From Nitrospirota bacterium (GTDB lineage Bacteria; Patescibacteriota; Gracilibacteria; UBA1369; LOWO2-01-FULL-3), in the NCBI GenBank assembly GCA_030598325.1, contig JAUVQE010000001.1, positions 1-51,146 on the forward strand: DNA of 51,146 bases, read 5' to 3'. Every line of letters starts with the position of its first letter. Within the stretch, counting starts at the first letter, position 1. The translations under genes and the position numbers were made by a program. Of the stretch, positions 35,488 to 48,328 are shown in pieces. The notes beneath the pieces were generated by a model that was given only the letters and a program-made list of their open reading frames with translations, was not told the DNA's origin and searched no databases.

Positions 35488-36273
35488 ATGCCTGAAACAG
35501 ATACAAACAAGAAAAGGTCATTAAGAAAAATACTAAAAGATACGGGGAGGCAGATAATAGCCAGTTTGGTTATACTGGTCATAGGATTTTTTCTTTTAAA
35601 CGCATCAGCATATATCCAGATTGCAAAAAGCAAATGGGCCACACTAACCGGCACAGAAACGGAAAGTCCGCTAACGGAGCTGGTAGAAGACAATGTCGCC
35701 CAAAACGACGATAAAGACCTGGAAACAAGTTCGGATCCCGATATCCAGAAAAAACAAATTCCCGATCTGACACTGGAAATAGCCCCAAGCGACAATAGAA
35801 TCATTATTCCGCGCATAGATCAAAACATACCCATCGCCCGAATAAGCAGTGAAAGCTTGATAAGAAGAGATTGGGATGCCCTGGAAGACGAAATGCAGGA
35901 AGCACTGAAAGATGGCGTCGTTCATTATCCGGGAACAAGCCTTCCGGGAGAAACCGGAAATGTTGTGATAACAGGACATAGCTCTTATTTTCCCTGGGAT
36001 CCGGGAAGATTCAAAGATGTTTTTGCGTTATTGGAAGATGTGGTTGAAGGGGACAAAATAGTAATTTACTACGATCAGGATAAATACATATACGAAGTAA
36101 CCGGAGTAGAAATCGCACTTCCGGAAGATATTGAAATATTAAAGCAAACACCTGAAGATAAATTGACTTTAATTACCTGCTGGCCGGTTGGAACAAACTT
36201 AAAAAGACTGGTGGTCTCAGCAAAGCCAATAAAGGTCAACGGTGAAAAGATTGAAAATAAAATACTTCGCTAG
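35488..36273 (+). CDS. sortase-family transpeptidase
   Basis: N-terminal TM anchor, His in VITGHSSYF, catalytic Cys in TLITCWP, Arg in LKRLVV. Confidence 0.8.
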   Translation: MPETDTNKKRSLRKILKDTGRQIIASLVILVIGFFLLNASAYIQIAKSKWATLTGTETESPLTELVEDNVAQNDDKDLETSSDPDIQKKQIPDLTLEIAPSDNRIIIPRIDQNIPIARISSESLIRRDWDALEDEMQEALKDGVVHYPGTSLPGETGNVVITGHSSYFPWDPGRFKDVFALLEDVVEGDKIVIYYDQDKYIYEVTGVEIALPEDIEILKQTPEDKLTLITCWPVGTNLKRLVVSAKPIKVNGEKIENKILR

Positions 36274-36767
36274 GTGTCCATTCCTTCAAGTTGTTTGAGC
36301 AGTGCTTCTTCTTCACTTTCTTCTTTTTGTTCTCCGGCTTTCTCCTTCTTTTGGATCTCAGCCATTCTCTCTTTGAGTTTGGCCTCATCGATCCTGGGAG
36401 CTTTTCTGGCGCTTATTCTACTCATTTCTTGTTCATATTCGTTATCAAGATTGGCCAATTGTTCTTTTTCATTAACAAGAATATCGCGAAATTTTGATAT
36501 CTGTTCCTCAGTCATAATAGGCATAATCTGCATCCAATATTCGCGTTCCTCATCATTCATCGACTCGGTTTCATAAATAAGCTTAACAAGATCAGGGAAT
36601 TTTTCTCTAACAAGAGCGGGAATAATATATTTCTGTTCCGCTTCTGTCATATATTGCTCCGCGGACTTTTTCTTATTTATCACCACCCCATCACCGGACG
36701 TAACAACACCCGCCGTTCCACCAGTCTGAGCTGTTTGTGTTGTTTGTGTATCCTGAACCATGACCAT
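36270..36767 (-). CDS. hypothetical acidic coiled-coil protein
   Basis: 165-aa ORF, last gene of a three-gene minus-strand unit. No recognisable domain. Confidence 0.55.
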   Translation of the reverse strand: MVMVQDTQTTQTAQTGGTAGVVTSGDGVVINKKKSAEQYMTEAEQKYIIPALVREKFPDLVKLIYETESMNDEEREYWMQIMPIMTEEQISKFRDILVNEKEQLANLDNEYEQEMSRISARKAPRIDEAKLKERMAEIQKKEKAGEQKEESEEEALLKQLEGMDT

Positions 36768-36818
36768 ATTATACTGAATTTAAGAACTTATAACAATTTA
36801 TGAATATTGTTTTGTATT

Positions 36819-37982
36819 TTAAATATACTTTTTAAATTTCATAATCAGCGCTCTAAGTTTTGGATCCACAGGTTTATTTGAGTTTTCCATCTTTCTAATA
36901 TCTTTTTCTAATTCTGAAAGAACACCACTGATTATTTCAAAATATCTACCAATGAGTTCTTCACGTTTTGGATCTTGTTTTATTTCCTCATTCACTTTTT
37001 GCAGAGCGGGAGATAATATTTCCGCAATTTTCTCATATTTCTCTGTGATATTTTTGTTTTTCATCTGGACTTCAACTTCCTTCTCTAATTTTGAAATAGC
37101 CAATTCTTCCTGAGCAAATTCAGAAGATTTCTTCTCCGAAAGTGTGGTCGGAACAAACGCCGCCAGTAAATTTAACTCACTTTTGATAGGTGAATCGGCG
37201 CCATCCAATTGGAATATTTCGGGATCTTTTCTTCCGGGAACAAAATATTTGAATTCCTGTCGGTTACCGGTAGCGTACGCCGCAATAACCCCGCTTTTTA
37301 CATTTTTTGAGAAAAAAATGACGGTTCCTTTGGGAATTATTTTTTGTCTTTTTAATGAAATCAGTGTTGAATCCTTATAGCTACTTTCATGAGCCAGCCT
37401 CGCGGCCAAAACTTTGTGGTTGGTAAGATGATTAATATCACCCTGAGAGCCAAACAACGTATAAGAAACAAAAAGAGTGGAAGCCGTGGAAGCATTCAAT
37501 TTTGTTTTGGAATTATATGACTTATACAAAGCGTTAAAACCTTCATAGTCTTCGGGAATTCCTTTTGTCAGCCTTTCTCTCTGCTTAACACTAAATTTCT
37601 CCTTTGCTAAATCACCTTCATTCAAACTCTTTCTGTAATTACCGGGAATACGATCGATCAGGTGAGCATATCTCCCCATAAAAACGCACAGCATAATCGC
37701 AAGATTCGCAAGCTCGGGCATTCCATACTGCTTTCCAAGATCAACAGCGACTTTTGCGAATTCTTTAAACTTACCCTCAGGCATTTTAGTCACAATTTCC
37801 GGCAATTTATCTTTTTTAACCGATTTGGCCAAATCCTTTGCCGGCCCGGCGCTCTGTACTTTTCTTTCATCCTCTGAAGTGGGAGCGGGTCTCGTGGCAG
37901 GTGAGGCACCGGGAGCCACAGAAGCACGACCACTTCCGGGTCTTCCTGCAGGCTTGCCATTTTTAAATACAAATATTTTCAT
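36819..37982 (-). CDS. hypothetical protein with a Pro/Ala/Gly-rich N-terminal segment
   Basis: 387-aa ORF, 6 nt after the upstream gene stop. No recognisable domain. Confidence 0.6.
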   Translation of the reverse strand: MKIFVFKNGKPAGRPGSGRASVAPGASPATRPAPTSEDERKVQSAGPAKDLAKSVKKDKLPEIVTKMPEGKFKEFAKVAVDLGKQYGMPELANLAIMLCVFMGRYAHLIDRIPGNYRKSLNEGDLAKEKFSVKQRERLTKGIPEDYEGFNALYKSYNSKTKLNASTASTLFVSYTLFGSQGDINHLTNHKVLAARLAHESSYKDSTLISLKRQKIIPKGTVIFFSKNVKSGVIAAYATGNRQEFKYFVPGRKDPEIFQLDGADSPIKSELNLLAAFVPTTLSEKKSSEFAQEELAISKLEKEVEVQMKNKNITEKYEKIAEILSPALQKVNEEIKQDPKREELIGRYFEIISGVLSELEKDIRKMENSNKPVDPKLRALIMKFKKYI

Positions 37983-37988
37983 AATAAT

Positions 37989-38381
37989 TTAAATTATAAA
38001 TAAATCACCGCCTTTTTCTTCTATTCGCTCTTTCGTATTTCTCACTCGTTCAACAAGATTTTGCATTTGATAGGTATCTTTATATCCGGCGTCAAACAAA
38101 TCCTTGATTTCCCGAACGGCGGAGAGCAAATTCATAGCTTCTCTATCGGCTAAACCTTGTTTCTCTTCAGACAAACCATCATAAACAGCCTTATTTATCA
38201 GGGTGGAGGGCGTATGAAGTTCTATTTTTCCATCATTAATAAGCGAAATCACCAAATGTAGGAATTTATCGTTTTCATCACTTACGCCCGTAGGGTCAGA
38301 TAACGGAGCATTTAACTCTTTTTGAACTTGTGGATCCTTATAAACAGCTTTTTGTTGATCTTCGTCCTGAGATTTAACCAT
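37989..38381 (-). CDS. hypothetical protein
   Basis: 130-aa ORF, first gene of the unit. No recognisable domain. Confidence 0.55.
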   Translation of the reverse strand: MVKSQDEDQQKAVYKDPQVQKELNAPLSDPTGVSDENDKFLHLVISLINDGKIELHTPSTLINKAVYDGLSEEKQGLADREAMNLLSAVREIKDLFDAGYKDTYQMQNLVERVRNTKERIEEKGGDLFII

Positions 38382-38428
38382 AGTTAGCTTGAATTAATCT
38401 TCAAATTATAGCAAAATTAGGGCAATAA

Positions 38429-42018
<3,590 letters not shown>

Positions 42019-42155
42019 TGAAAATATTTATGGAAGAAGATACTAACATGAGTAATATGAGAGTGAAAGTGGAAGATTTGTTTTTGAGTAGACATTATGT
42101 TACTGGCGGGCGATCATGCATCACTCAGCACCAACGAGGCGTGTATACCGTATCA

Positions 42156-43253
42156 TCATCCTCTCATGACTTCTCTGATCTTTTTCTTAATCTTCTTTTC
42201 AAAAACTTCCCGTGAAAACCGATTGGAATGACGTCTGATAGTATGAGGCCGATAAAATCTTTCATTGTAAAGCAGTCGGGCAAGCCCGTCTTCCATGGAT
42301 TCGACTGTCCCTTCAAAGAAAAACTCACCGGTTTTACCGGAAACAACACTCTCAGTACATCCCCCCTTTCCAAAAGCCAAAACCGGCTTACCGCAGGCCA
42401 TAGCTTCAATAGGTGTAATTCCGAAATCTTCCTCACCCGGGAAAATTAAAGCACGGCAATTCATCATATACTCGGTAACGGTTTCATCATCTTTGAATCC
42501 AAGAAAATCAATATTATCACCGGCAATACTCTCCAGATAACCACGCTGTGAGCCGTCTCCGATCACAATCAGTCGCCGTCCGATTTTGTTAAACAACTGG
42601 ACCGCCAAATCAACTTTTTTATAAGGGGTCAAAGTGGAAACAATAAGAAAATATCCGGAATTTCCTTTCGAAACTTTAAATCTATCAATATCAACGGGAG
42701 GGTAAATAACTTCGCTATCCATCCGGTAATATTTTTTGATTCGATTTTTTACATTCCGGGAATTCGCGATATAGACGTTAGCCCTGTCAGCAGCCAGAAA
42801 ATCCCATTTCCTTAAATACTTCATAAGAGGCGCGTAGAATAGAGTTTTAAGTCCGGAAATCCGATTTTCTTCACGATATTCATTGGTCCAATCCCAGGCA
42901 TAACGCATAGGGGAGTGACAATAACAAATATGTTTTGTCTTGAGAGGAGTCAGAATTCCATGTGAAAAAGCTGTATTTGAGCTGATAACCAAATCATAAT
43001 CAGAAAAATCAAACTCCTCGACAGCCCGGGGAAATTTTTTAATAAGAAAACGATACCTTTTTCGCAAAAAGTCAGGATATTTTTGTAAAGAAGAACACTT
43101 AATACGTTCTTCGGGGAAAACATCGGAAACTTTTTCCTTATCATAAAATAAAGTAAAAACAGGAGCTTTGGGGAACATCTTGCAAAGTACATCCAAAACC
43201 CGTTCCGCACCACCTAATTTTACAAGAAAATCATGTACAAGAGCTACTTTCAT
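42156..43253 (-). CDS. GT4-family glycosyltransferase
   Basis: GT-B fold. C-terminal EX7E-type region PGEEDFGITPIEAMACGKP. Confidence 0.8.
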   Translation of the reverse strand: MKVALVHDFLVKLGGAERVLDVLCKMFPKAPVFTLFYDKEKVSDVFPEERIKCSSLQKYPDFLRKRYRFLIKKFPRAVEEFDFSDYDLVISSNTAFSHGILTPLKTKHICYCHSPMRYAWDWTNEYREENRISGLKTLFYAPLMKYLRKWDFLAADRANVYIANSRNVKNRIKKYYRMDSEVIYPPVDIDRFKVSKGNSGYFLIVSTLTPYKKVDLAVQLFNKIGRRLIVIGDGSQRGYLESIAGDNIDFLGFKDDETVTEYMMNCRALIFPGEEDFGITPIEAMACGKPVLAFGKGGCTESVVSGKTGEFFFEGTVESMEDGLARLLYNERFYRPHTIRRHSNRFSREVFEKKIKKKIREVMRG

Positions 43254-43324
43254 ATAAATGTGGAATAAAAAAGGGTGGCAATTCTGCCACCCTCAATCTA
43301 CTCAATTAATCCAGAGTATTCAAC

Positions 43325-43717
43325 CTATTCCACAACTTCTTCCTCTTCCTCTTCCTCTTCAACCTCTCCTTCAACCTCAAGCTCGAGATCTTCAAATGCT
43401 TCTTCAAATCCCGCGGCAAAATCTCCGGCGCAATCCTCCAAGGCCTGCGTGATAGCGGCCTGAACGTCCTCATCATTCTCGTATTTTTCTGTCAAAACAG
43501 TCATAGCCTCATCATCATCAGTATCAAACCCATGATTTCTGTAAATCTCTTTTGCCTGTTCTTCCAAAGCAGGATCAAAGATGTTGTCTGACTGGAAAAC
43601 CAGACATGTAGCCTCAACAGTAGCATCAATAAATGATTGCTTCTCATTTTTCAGTCCTCCTAAACAACCAACTAAGAAGACAGAAAACACTGCTAGAATA
43701 GCCAATAATTTTTTCAT
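43325..43717 (-). CDS. lipoprotein with a small globular domain and a poly-Glu tail
   Basis: MKKLLAILAVFSVFLVGC (lipobox). C-terminus is LEVEGEVEEEEEEEEVVE. Confidence 0.65.
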   Translation of the reverse strand: MKKLLAILAVFSVFLVGCLGGLKNEKQSFIDATVEATCLVFQSDNIFDPALEEQAKEIYRNHGFDTDDDEAMTVLTEKYENDEDVQAAITQALEDCAGDFAAGFEEAFEDLELEVEGEVEEEEEEEEVVE

Positions 43718-43799
43718 GATTTTATTATATTAAAAAATAATCATTATTAGCGTCATTATACTCACCTGAAACCCGCTGTCAAATTCAATTCAAGCAAAT

Positions 43800-45524
43800 T
43801 TAAAGTTTTAATTTGGAAAGAGGTTGGGTATTTAAAACATCTTTTTCTGAAAGCCATCCACGTCTCGCAATACCTACCCCATATTCCATAAAATCAAGCT
43901 GTGAAGGACTATGAGCATCTGTGTTAATAACAATTTTAGCACCTTTGTCTTTCGCAATCCGCACGTATTTATCAACCAAATCGAGTCTCAAAGGGCTAGA
44001 ATTAATCTCCAAAGCAACATTATTCGCTACACACGCATCAATCACTTTTTCAACATCATATTCCATAGGAGGTCTTTTATTTAAAAGTCGCCCGGAAGGA
44101 TGTCCCAAAATATTGGAATAAGGATTCTCAATAGCCGCGATCAACCTTTTCGTCTGCGCGCCGGCACCCAACCTTTGATACATATGAACGGCAATAATAA
44201 CAACATCCAGTTCCTTCAAAATTTCATCTTTAAAATCCAGCCCGCCATCTTTTAGAATATCAACCTCCGAACCCTTAAGGATGCGAATCTTACGCTTGTA
44301 TTTCTTATTCAGCTTGTCGATTTCCTTCCACTGACGACGAATATCTTTGCTTCCCATTCCACCGGTTACTCCAACAATAGAAGAATGATCAGTCATCGCA
44401 AAATATTTATATCCCTTCGCGATCATAGCTTCCGCCATTTCTCCAATGGAATTTTTTCCGTCACTATAATTTGAATGGGAATGAAGATCACCCTGAATAT
44501 CAGACAACTCCACAAATTTAGGCATTTTCTTATGTTTCAGCGCATACTCGATTTCGCCTTCATTCCGGCGAATTTCCGGAATAATATACGGAAAACCAAC
44601 AGCTTTAAAAACATCCTCCTCACTCTTGCACGCAATCAGTTTCCGACCTTTAAAAACCCCATATTCACTAACTTTCAAACCTTTCCTCTTCGCAATATCC
44701 CTCAACCGGATATTATGCTGTTTATTTCCGGTAAAATAATGCATCGCCGCTCCGAAACTATCATCATCAATAACGCGAAGATCCACATGCATACCCGAGC
44801 TGAGCATGATCGTTGATTTCGTGTCACCTTTCGCAATCACATTCAACACATCATCATATACAGCAAAATGATCGATTACGATCATGCGACTTTTCTTGGA
44901 ATCCTTTACCGTCACCAAAATATCAATATCCCCAATAGTGTCCTTATACCTGCGCAAACTTCCAGCATATTCAATTCTAGCGACCTCTTTACATTTTTTC
45001 ATATATGCAATAATCCGGATTGCCTCCATTTTAGCTTCGCTGATAAGGACTCTTTCAGTTGAAAATTTAGAATGTTCATCAATCGCTTTTAAAATCTCGG
45101 ACTCGCTTTTTTCGCCCATTCCATCAAGCTCGCGGATCTTTTGAGCCTCAGCGGCCTTTTTCAATTCTTTGATGCTTTTAATATGCAGTTTGGAATAAAG
45201 CAGTTTAACTTTTTTTGGCCCTAAAGTTCGTATACGTAGCATTTCGAGCAAACCGGCGGGAATAGACTTCTTTAATTTATCGTGTTCTTTGCAATGTCCG
45301 GTCTGCACAAGCTCAACGATTTTTTCTTTAAGATGCTGTCCTATTCCCGGAATTTTTGGCAGTTCATTAGGAGATTTATCAACAATATCACGTAAATCAC
45401 GAGGGAAATTTAATATGTTCAAAGAAGCTTTTCTATATGCGTTTATACGAAAAGAATCAGCTCCCTGAATATCAAGGATATCTCCCATTTCTTCAAAAAT
45501 TCCGGCTATCAATTTATTATCCAT
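43800..45524 (-). CDS. polX: family X DNA polymerase with a PHP domain
   Basis: Pol-beta-like HhH plus nucleotidyltransferase (GSLRRYKDTIGDIDILV), and a C-terminal PHP domain (LHSHSNYSDG, MTDHS, NTDAHS). Confidence 0.9.
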   Translation of the reverse strand: MDNKLIAGIFEEMGDILDIQGADSFRINAYRKASLNILNFPRDLRDIVDKSPNELPKIPGIGQHLKEKIVELVQTGHCKEHDKLKKSIPAGLLEMLRIRTLGPKKVKLLYSKLHIKSIKELKKAAEAQKIRELDGMGEKSESEILKAIDEHSKFSTERVLISEAKMEAIRIIAYMKKCKEVARIEYAGSLRRYKDTIGDIDILVTVKDSKKSRMIVIDHFAVYDDVLNVIAKGDTKSTIMLSSGMHVDLRVIDDDSFGAAMHYFTGNKQHNIRLRDIAKRKGLKVSEYGVFKGRKLIACKSEEDVFKAVGFPYIIPEIRRNEGEIEYALKHKKMPKFVELSDIQGDLHSHSNYSDGKNSIGEMAEAMIAKGYKYFAMTDHSSIVGVTGGMGSKDIRRQWKEIDKLNKKYKRKIRILKGSEVDILKDGGLDFKDEILKELDVVIIAVHMYQRLGAGAQTKRLIAAIENPYSNILGHPSGRLLNKRPPMEYDVEKVIDACVANNVALEINSSPLRLDLVDKYVRIAKDKGAKIVINTDAHSPSQLDFMEYGVGIARRGWLSEKDVLNTQPLSKLKL

Positions 45525-45525
45525 A

Positions 45526-46629
45526 CTATTTAACGATTATATCCAAAGTTTTCTTTGCCGCGTCCTTCCACTTAAACAATTTTAATCTTTCAGTCCCTAA
45601 ATGGACAAGTTTTTTCGCAAAATTTTCATTATTTACTAATTTTTCAAGACCGGCGGTGATAACTTCCCGATCATAAGGATCTACATAATAAGCGGCGTCA
45701 CCGGCAACTTCGGGCAGGCACGAAACATGCGAGGTAAGAACGGGTTTTTTGTGATAAAACGCTTCCAGAACAGGGAATCCAAACCCCTCATATAACGATG
45801 GAAACGCAAAAACCTTGCAGTATTTGTAAAGCGCGGCCTTTTCCTCTTCGGTTACATATCCGGGCATAATAACTTTCCCCACCATCCTCAAATGATTTAC
45901 AACCTTAAGCAGTTTTTCAAATCCAATGCCACGCTTTCCCGCCAAAATAAGCCGATAATCCGGATGACTCTTTGAAAAATCATCAAACGCCTCCACCAGT
46001 CGGATCAGATTTTTCTTGCTCTCAAGCCTCCCAACAAAAAAGATATAAGGAGAGTCTTTTTTGATCTCGAAATATCGAAAAATCTCAGATTCCTCAAAAA
46101 CTTTATCGATTTCCTCTTGCGAAACCTTCGGCGGCTCAAACCCATGATAAACAACTTCTATTTTATCCTTCGGACACTTAAAAAACTTCACCAAATCATC
46201 ACGGCTCGCCTCACTTGGTACAATAATTTTTGTCGCATTCTTCACCGCAAACTTTGTTGACCAATTCAAATAACGATACTGAAAGTAAGAATACGATTTT
46301 CGTAAATGCTTAAAAGCGACATCGTGAATCATAATCACGCTCTTCTTAGGTAAATGCAGAGGAAGTACATGCGAAGGTACAAAAAGGACATCGGGTGGAT
46401 TATGTTTCATCTCCTTGGATAATGCCCGCAAAGTCCAAAGTCTCTTTGCATCTAAAACTTTATTTTTCACACCTTTTATCCCGACCCGTTCCCGCGAATA
46501 CAAAATCACCTCATGAGATTTTTTTCCTGAAAGTTCACGAGTAAGACCGTTTATTATGTGGTTGCTGTACATTTCCACTCCCGTCGCCTCGTTGTCCGCA
46601 TATCTGGATGCGTCGATTCCAATTTTCAT
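45526..46629 (-). CDS. GT4-family glycosyltransferase
   Basis: GT-B fold. PSLYEGFGFPVLEAFYHKKPV motif. Confidence 0.85.
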   Translation of the reverse strand: MKIGIDASRYADNEATGVEMYSNHIINGLTRELSGKKSHEVILYSRERVGIKGVKNKVLDAKRLWTLRALSKEMKHNPPDVLFVPSHVLPLHLPKKSVIMIHDVAFKHLRKSYSYFQYRYLNWSTKFAVKNATKIIVPSEASRDDLVKFFKCPKDKIEVVYHGFEPPKVSQEEIDKVFEESEIFRYFEIKKDSPYIFFVGRLESKKNLIRLVEAFDDFSKSHPDYRLILAGKRGIGFEKLLKVVNHLRMVGKVIMPGYVTEEEKAALYKYCKVFAFPSLYEGFGFPVLEAFYHKKPVLTSHVSCLPEVAGDAAYYVDPYDREVITAGLEKLVNNENFAKKLVHLGTERLKLFKWKDAAKKTLDIIVK

Positions 46630-46686
46630 ACGGCCAGTATAGCAAGATTTTAGAATTTTTTTAAAAGTGATCGTTAAAATGGGGGT

Positions 46687-47370
46687 ATGAAATTTTTACT
46701 CGACATATTATTTCCGAAAATATGTGTGGAATGTGGGAAACAGGGAGAAGATATTTGTAATGAATGTATGGGGAAAATTAAACCTCTTCGTTCCCAACAA
46801 TGCCCAAACTGCAGAAACAAAAACCCTGAAGGCGAATTTTGTTCAAACTCCTGCTCAAAAAATCATAACTTCGAGCAACTGATAGTATGCACTCATTACG
46901 AAAAATCATCACCAATTCAAAAATTAATAATAAATTTTAAATATAAATTCTCAAAAGATCTGATAAACGTCTTCCACAACGTCCTAAAAGATGAACTAAA
47001 AAAGTATACAAAAACTATTCCCGAGAACACTTTTGTCATCCCGGCCCCCATTCACAAAAGAAATTTCAAAAAAAGGGGATTCAATCAGGCGCTTCTACTA
47101 GCGCAATCAGTTACAAAAATTTTTCCTCAAACCCAACTTCTCGATTGTTTAATAGAAAAAGACAACAGAATCCAGCAGGCAAAACTGGACAAAGCGCACC
47201 GACTCACAAACCTCAAAAATTCAATAGAAATTCGTCCATATCCACCTCTCAAAAACATTCTCCTTATAGACGACGTCGCCACAACTCTAAGCACCCTAAA
47301 CGAATGCAGTAAGGTCCTCAAAAAAGCGGGCGCAAGCCACATTTGCGGAATCGTCCTGGCGAGAGGTTAA
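46687..47370 (+). CDS. comFC: ComF-family protein (double zinc ribbon + PRTase fold)
   Basis: Four N-terminal Cys pairs (CxxC/CxC spacing: CVEC, CNEC, CPNC, CSNSC) and the PRTase motif ILLIDDVATTLSTL. Confidence 0.8.
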   Translation: MKFLLDILFPKICVECGKQGEDICNECMGKIKPLRSQQCPNCRNKNPEGEFCSNSCSKNHNFEQLIVCTHYEKSSPIQKLIINFKYKFSKDLINVFHNVLKDELKKYTKTIPENTFVIPAPIHKRNFKKRGFNQALLLAQSVTKIFPQTQLLDCLIEKDNRIQQAKLDKAHRLTNLKNSIEIRPYPPLKNILLIDDVATTLSTLNECSKVLKKAGASHICGIVLARG

Positions 47371-47675
47371 AAACTCACCCATCCCATCTGCTCAACAAAA
47401 ACAACTCCGATCAACCCGACCACAGCCGAGCAAATCGCATAAACAAAAGACAATTTACTTCTCACAGTCATTATTCCAAAAAGCGCGAAAAAGAAAGCCG
47501 GAACCAGATACACAAAAAGACTTAAAATATTCGGCCAGGTATAACTGCTCAGACTAAACCCGTAAACAAAGGCCGGATAAAGAATCATGCCCACAAAAAC
47601 CAACAGATACAAAATAACAAAAAACGGATTAGCACCCACCTTTTCCGGAACAGGAATGTTTTCCTCATTTTCCAT
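47367..47675 (-). CDS. small membrane protein
   Basis: 102-aa ORF with three hydrophobic helices. Confidence 0.45.
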   Translation of the reverse strand: MENEENIPVPEKVGANPFFVILYLLVFVGMILYPAFVYGFSLSSYTWPNILSLFVYLVPAFFFALFGIMTVRSKLSFVYAICSAVVGLIGVVFVEQMGWVSF

Positions 47676-47715
47676 AGTAGAGATTGTTATAAAAACTTGC
47701 TACAATTTTAACACA

Positions 47716-48324
47716 ATGAAAAAAAATATCGATCAAAAAGACAATTCCCGGGAAGGATTGACAACCTTGAAACTTCTCCAGTTATTCAGGCTTTTTTCCC
47801 CAAAATACACAAAAACCCTTGCCCGCATTAATGAATTCACAGATCTGGATATCAATAAATTAAACAAAATCAAAAATTTGGATATAAAAGGAATAATTCT
47901 CGATACAGACGATTGCATCGCATACAATCACGGAAAAATTCTTCCGAAAAATATCAAACACATAAAAAAACTAAAAAAACAGGGAATCAAAATCGTCATT
48001 TATTCAAATCTGGCAAAAACGAACAGATACAAGCCAATCGAGTCCAGCGCGAAAATTCTCACAAACCTTCCCCCAAAACCAAGCAAAAAAGGTTTTCAAA
48101 AAGCCATAAAAGCCCTCAATCTCCCAAAAGAAAAAATCATCATGGTGGGGGACAACTACATAACGGACGGTGGCTCAATTACGTTCGGAATCCCGTTTGT
48201 CAAAGTAAAACCAATCAAAAACAAAAAAGGAATAATAATGACCGCATACAGCAGTCTGAGAAGTTTTTATAATAAAATCAGCCAATTTCACGATAATTTT
48301 AGAGAAAAACCCATAACTTTCTAA
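47716..48324 (+). CDS. HAD-IIIA phosphatase (YqeG-like)
   Basis: ATG 47716 avoids overlapping the opposite gene. Motifs GIILDTDDC, YSN and VGDNYITDG. Confidence 0.65.
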   Translation: MKKNIDQKDNSREGLTTLKLLQLFRLFSPKYTKTLARINEFTDLDINKLNKIKNLDIKGIILDTDDCIAYNHGKILPKNIKHIKKLKKQGIKIVIYSNLAKTNRYKPIESSAKILTNLPPKPSKKGFQKAIKALNLPKEKIIMVGDNYITDGGSITFGIPFVKVKPIKNKKGIIMTAYSSLRSFYNKISQFHDNFREKPITF

Positions 48325-48328
48325 AGCT

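Noticed and set aside
42019-42155. Spacer upstream of dnaX, considered as a possible SRP RNA (ffs/scr often precedes dnaX)
   Set aside because: On either strand I find no GGAA-type tetraloop with the flanking AGCAGCC-like helix 8 motif, and no extended helix. Only weak local pairing is present.
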